Below are positions 63,066-64,000 of a DNA stretch of 64,000 nt, in pieces. The notes beneath the pieces are model-generated. The model saw only the letters and a list, made by a program, of their open reading frames with translations, was not told the origin of the DNA and did not search any database. The stretch's first letter is position 1; every line of letters begins with the position of its first letter. The DNA lies in NCBI GenBank assembly GCA_016179765.1, contig JACPCL010000031.1, forward strand, positions 341-64,340, given 5' to 3'. The DNA comes from Chloroflexota bacterium. Lineage in GTDB: Bacteria; Chloroflexota; Dehalococcoidia; Lucifugimonadales; JACPCL1. The position numbers were made by a program, and so were the translations under genes.

Positions 63066-64000
63066 CTAATGCCTGAAGTGCCTGACCCCGCTGGTCAGCA
63101 GCGACATCCCCAGGCGGTCGGCGGCGGCCAGGGTTTCGTCGTCCCGGATGGAGCCGCCGGTGTGGACGACACAGGTGACGCCGTACTTGGCGCACACCTC
63201 CACCGTGTCCGGGAAGGGAATCAGCGCATCCGATGCGGCCACCGCGCCCCTGGCCCGCTCGCCGGCGGCGGCGCAGGCGATCTCGGCGCTGCGCACGCGG
63301 TTGGGCTGGCCCGGCCCCATGCCGATGAGCACGCCGTCTTTGACGACGGTTATGGCGTTGGACTTGACGTGTTTGCAGACGATCCACGCCACCCGCAGGT
63401 CCCGCAACTCGGAGGCCGTCGGCTGCCGCTGGCTAACGACCTCAAAGCGCTCCTCAGCAGTCACGTCGGCCTCCTGCACCAGGGCGCCGCCCCGCACGAA
63501 GCGCACGTCCAATCGCCCCCGGCGCGGGTCGCCGGTGGGGGCCGTCAGGATGCGCAGGTCCTGGGACTTGCGTTTCAGGTGCGCCAGGCCCTCGGGCGTC
63601 GCGCTGGGGGCGATGACGATCTCGTAAAACATGCGCGCGCCGCTGACGGGGCTGAGCACCTGGCGCAGGGCGTCGGCGAAGGGGAAGTCTATGGGCCGGT
63701 TGGCAGCGACGATGCCGCCGTATGCGGAGACCGGATCGCCTTCCTTGAGGGCGCGCTGGTAGAGGGCGGCCAGGTCGCCCTCGCCCACGGCGAAGCAGCA
63801 AGGGTTGGTGTGCTTGATGATGGCGACGACTGGCTCAGAGAAGTCGCAGGCCAGGTTGAAGGCGGCGTCGGCATCCAGGAAGTTGACGTAGGACATGGCG
63901 CGACCATGGTGCTGGGTTGCAGCGCCGACGCCCTCAACAGGGGTACGCACCGAGTCGTAAGTGTAGAAGGCCCCCTTCTGGTGGGGGTTCTCGCCGTACC
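63066..64000 (-). CDS. purH: PurH (AICAR transformylase/IMP cyclohydrolase), C-terminal part; the 5' end lies beyond the window
   Basis: YGENPHQ at the window edge in frame; ends ...HTGGSIRDDE...GVRHFRH. Confidence 0.9.
   Translation of the reverse strand, partial: YGENPHQKGAFYTYDSVRTPVEGVGAATQHHGRAMSYVNFLDADAAFNLACDFSEPVVAIIKHTNPCCFAVGEGDLAALYQRALKEGDPVSAYGGIVAANRPIDFPFADALRQVLSPVSGARMFYEIVIAPSATPEGLAHLKRKSQDLRILTAPTGDPRRGRLDVRFVRGGALVQEADVTAEERFEVVSQRQPTASELRDLRVAWIVCKHVKSNAITVVKDGVLIGMGPGQPNRVRSAEIACAAAGERARGAVAASDALIPFPDTVEVCAKYGVTCVVHTGGSIRDDETLAAADRLGMSLLTSGVRHFRH

Noticed and set aside
62770-63387. 205-aa ORF overlapping the purH 3' end.
   Set aside because: Its upstream two-thirds overlaps the well-supported purH frame and is Arg/Gly-rich noise. 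Only the terminal 93 codons, from ATG 63051, look like a gene (AbrB-like).

Overview
This is a GC-rich (mid-60s % by eye, not computed), densely coding bacterial chromosomal window. Gene content and repeat style look like Chloroflexota, but that is inference only. I support about 56 CDS and 2 tRNAs.

Housekeeping genes: ftsH, a mtaB-like gene, sbcC, recF, a tyrA-like gene, pheT, groES-groEL with a CIRCE operator, a LonC-type protease, glmU, ftsZ, dinB, a ROK kinase, sufBCDSU, and a partial purH.

Accessory content:
- A catabolic island at about 26.2-37.1 kb. It holds ScoAB, two family III CoA-transferases, an HpcH-type aldolase, an amidohydrolase, an M19 dipeptidase, an MFS transporter and an alpha/beta hydrolase.
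- Several small lower-GC islets with toxin-antitoxin-like pairs: DUF4160/DUF2442-HTH, MntA/HepT, and DUF5678/retropepsin plus DUF2283.
- A tandem pair of collagen-like (GXY x18-19) lipoproteins.

The most striking structure is a dense network of modular hairpin and MITE-like repeats (families A-E below).
- They occupy nearly every intergenic gap.
- Many are bracketed by CTAG and supply the stop codons of flanking genes.
- They nest inside each other.
- They are carried in frame inside pheT, sbcC and the 3' end of sufC.

No transposase, integrase, CRISPR array or rRNA is present. Many long ORFs in the supplied track are antisense shadows of real genes or translations of repeats, and I did not call them. 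All family names come from motif memory; no searches were run.
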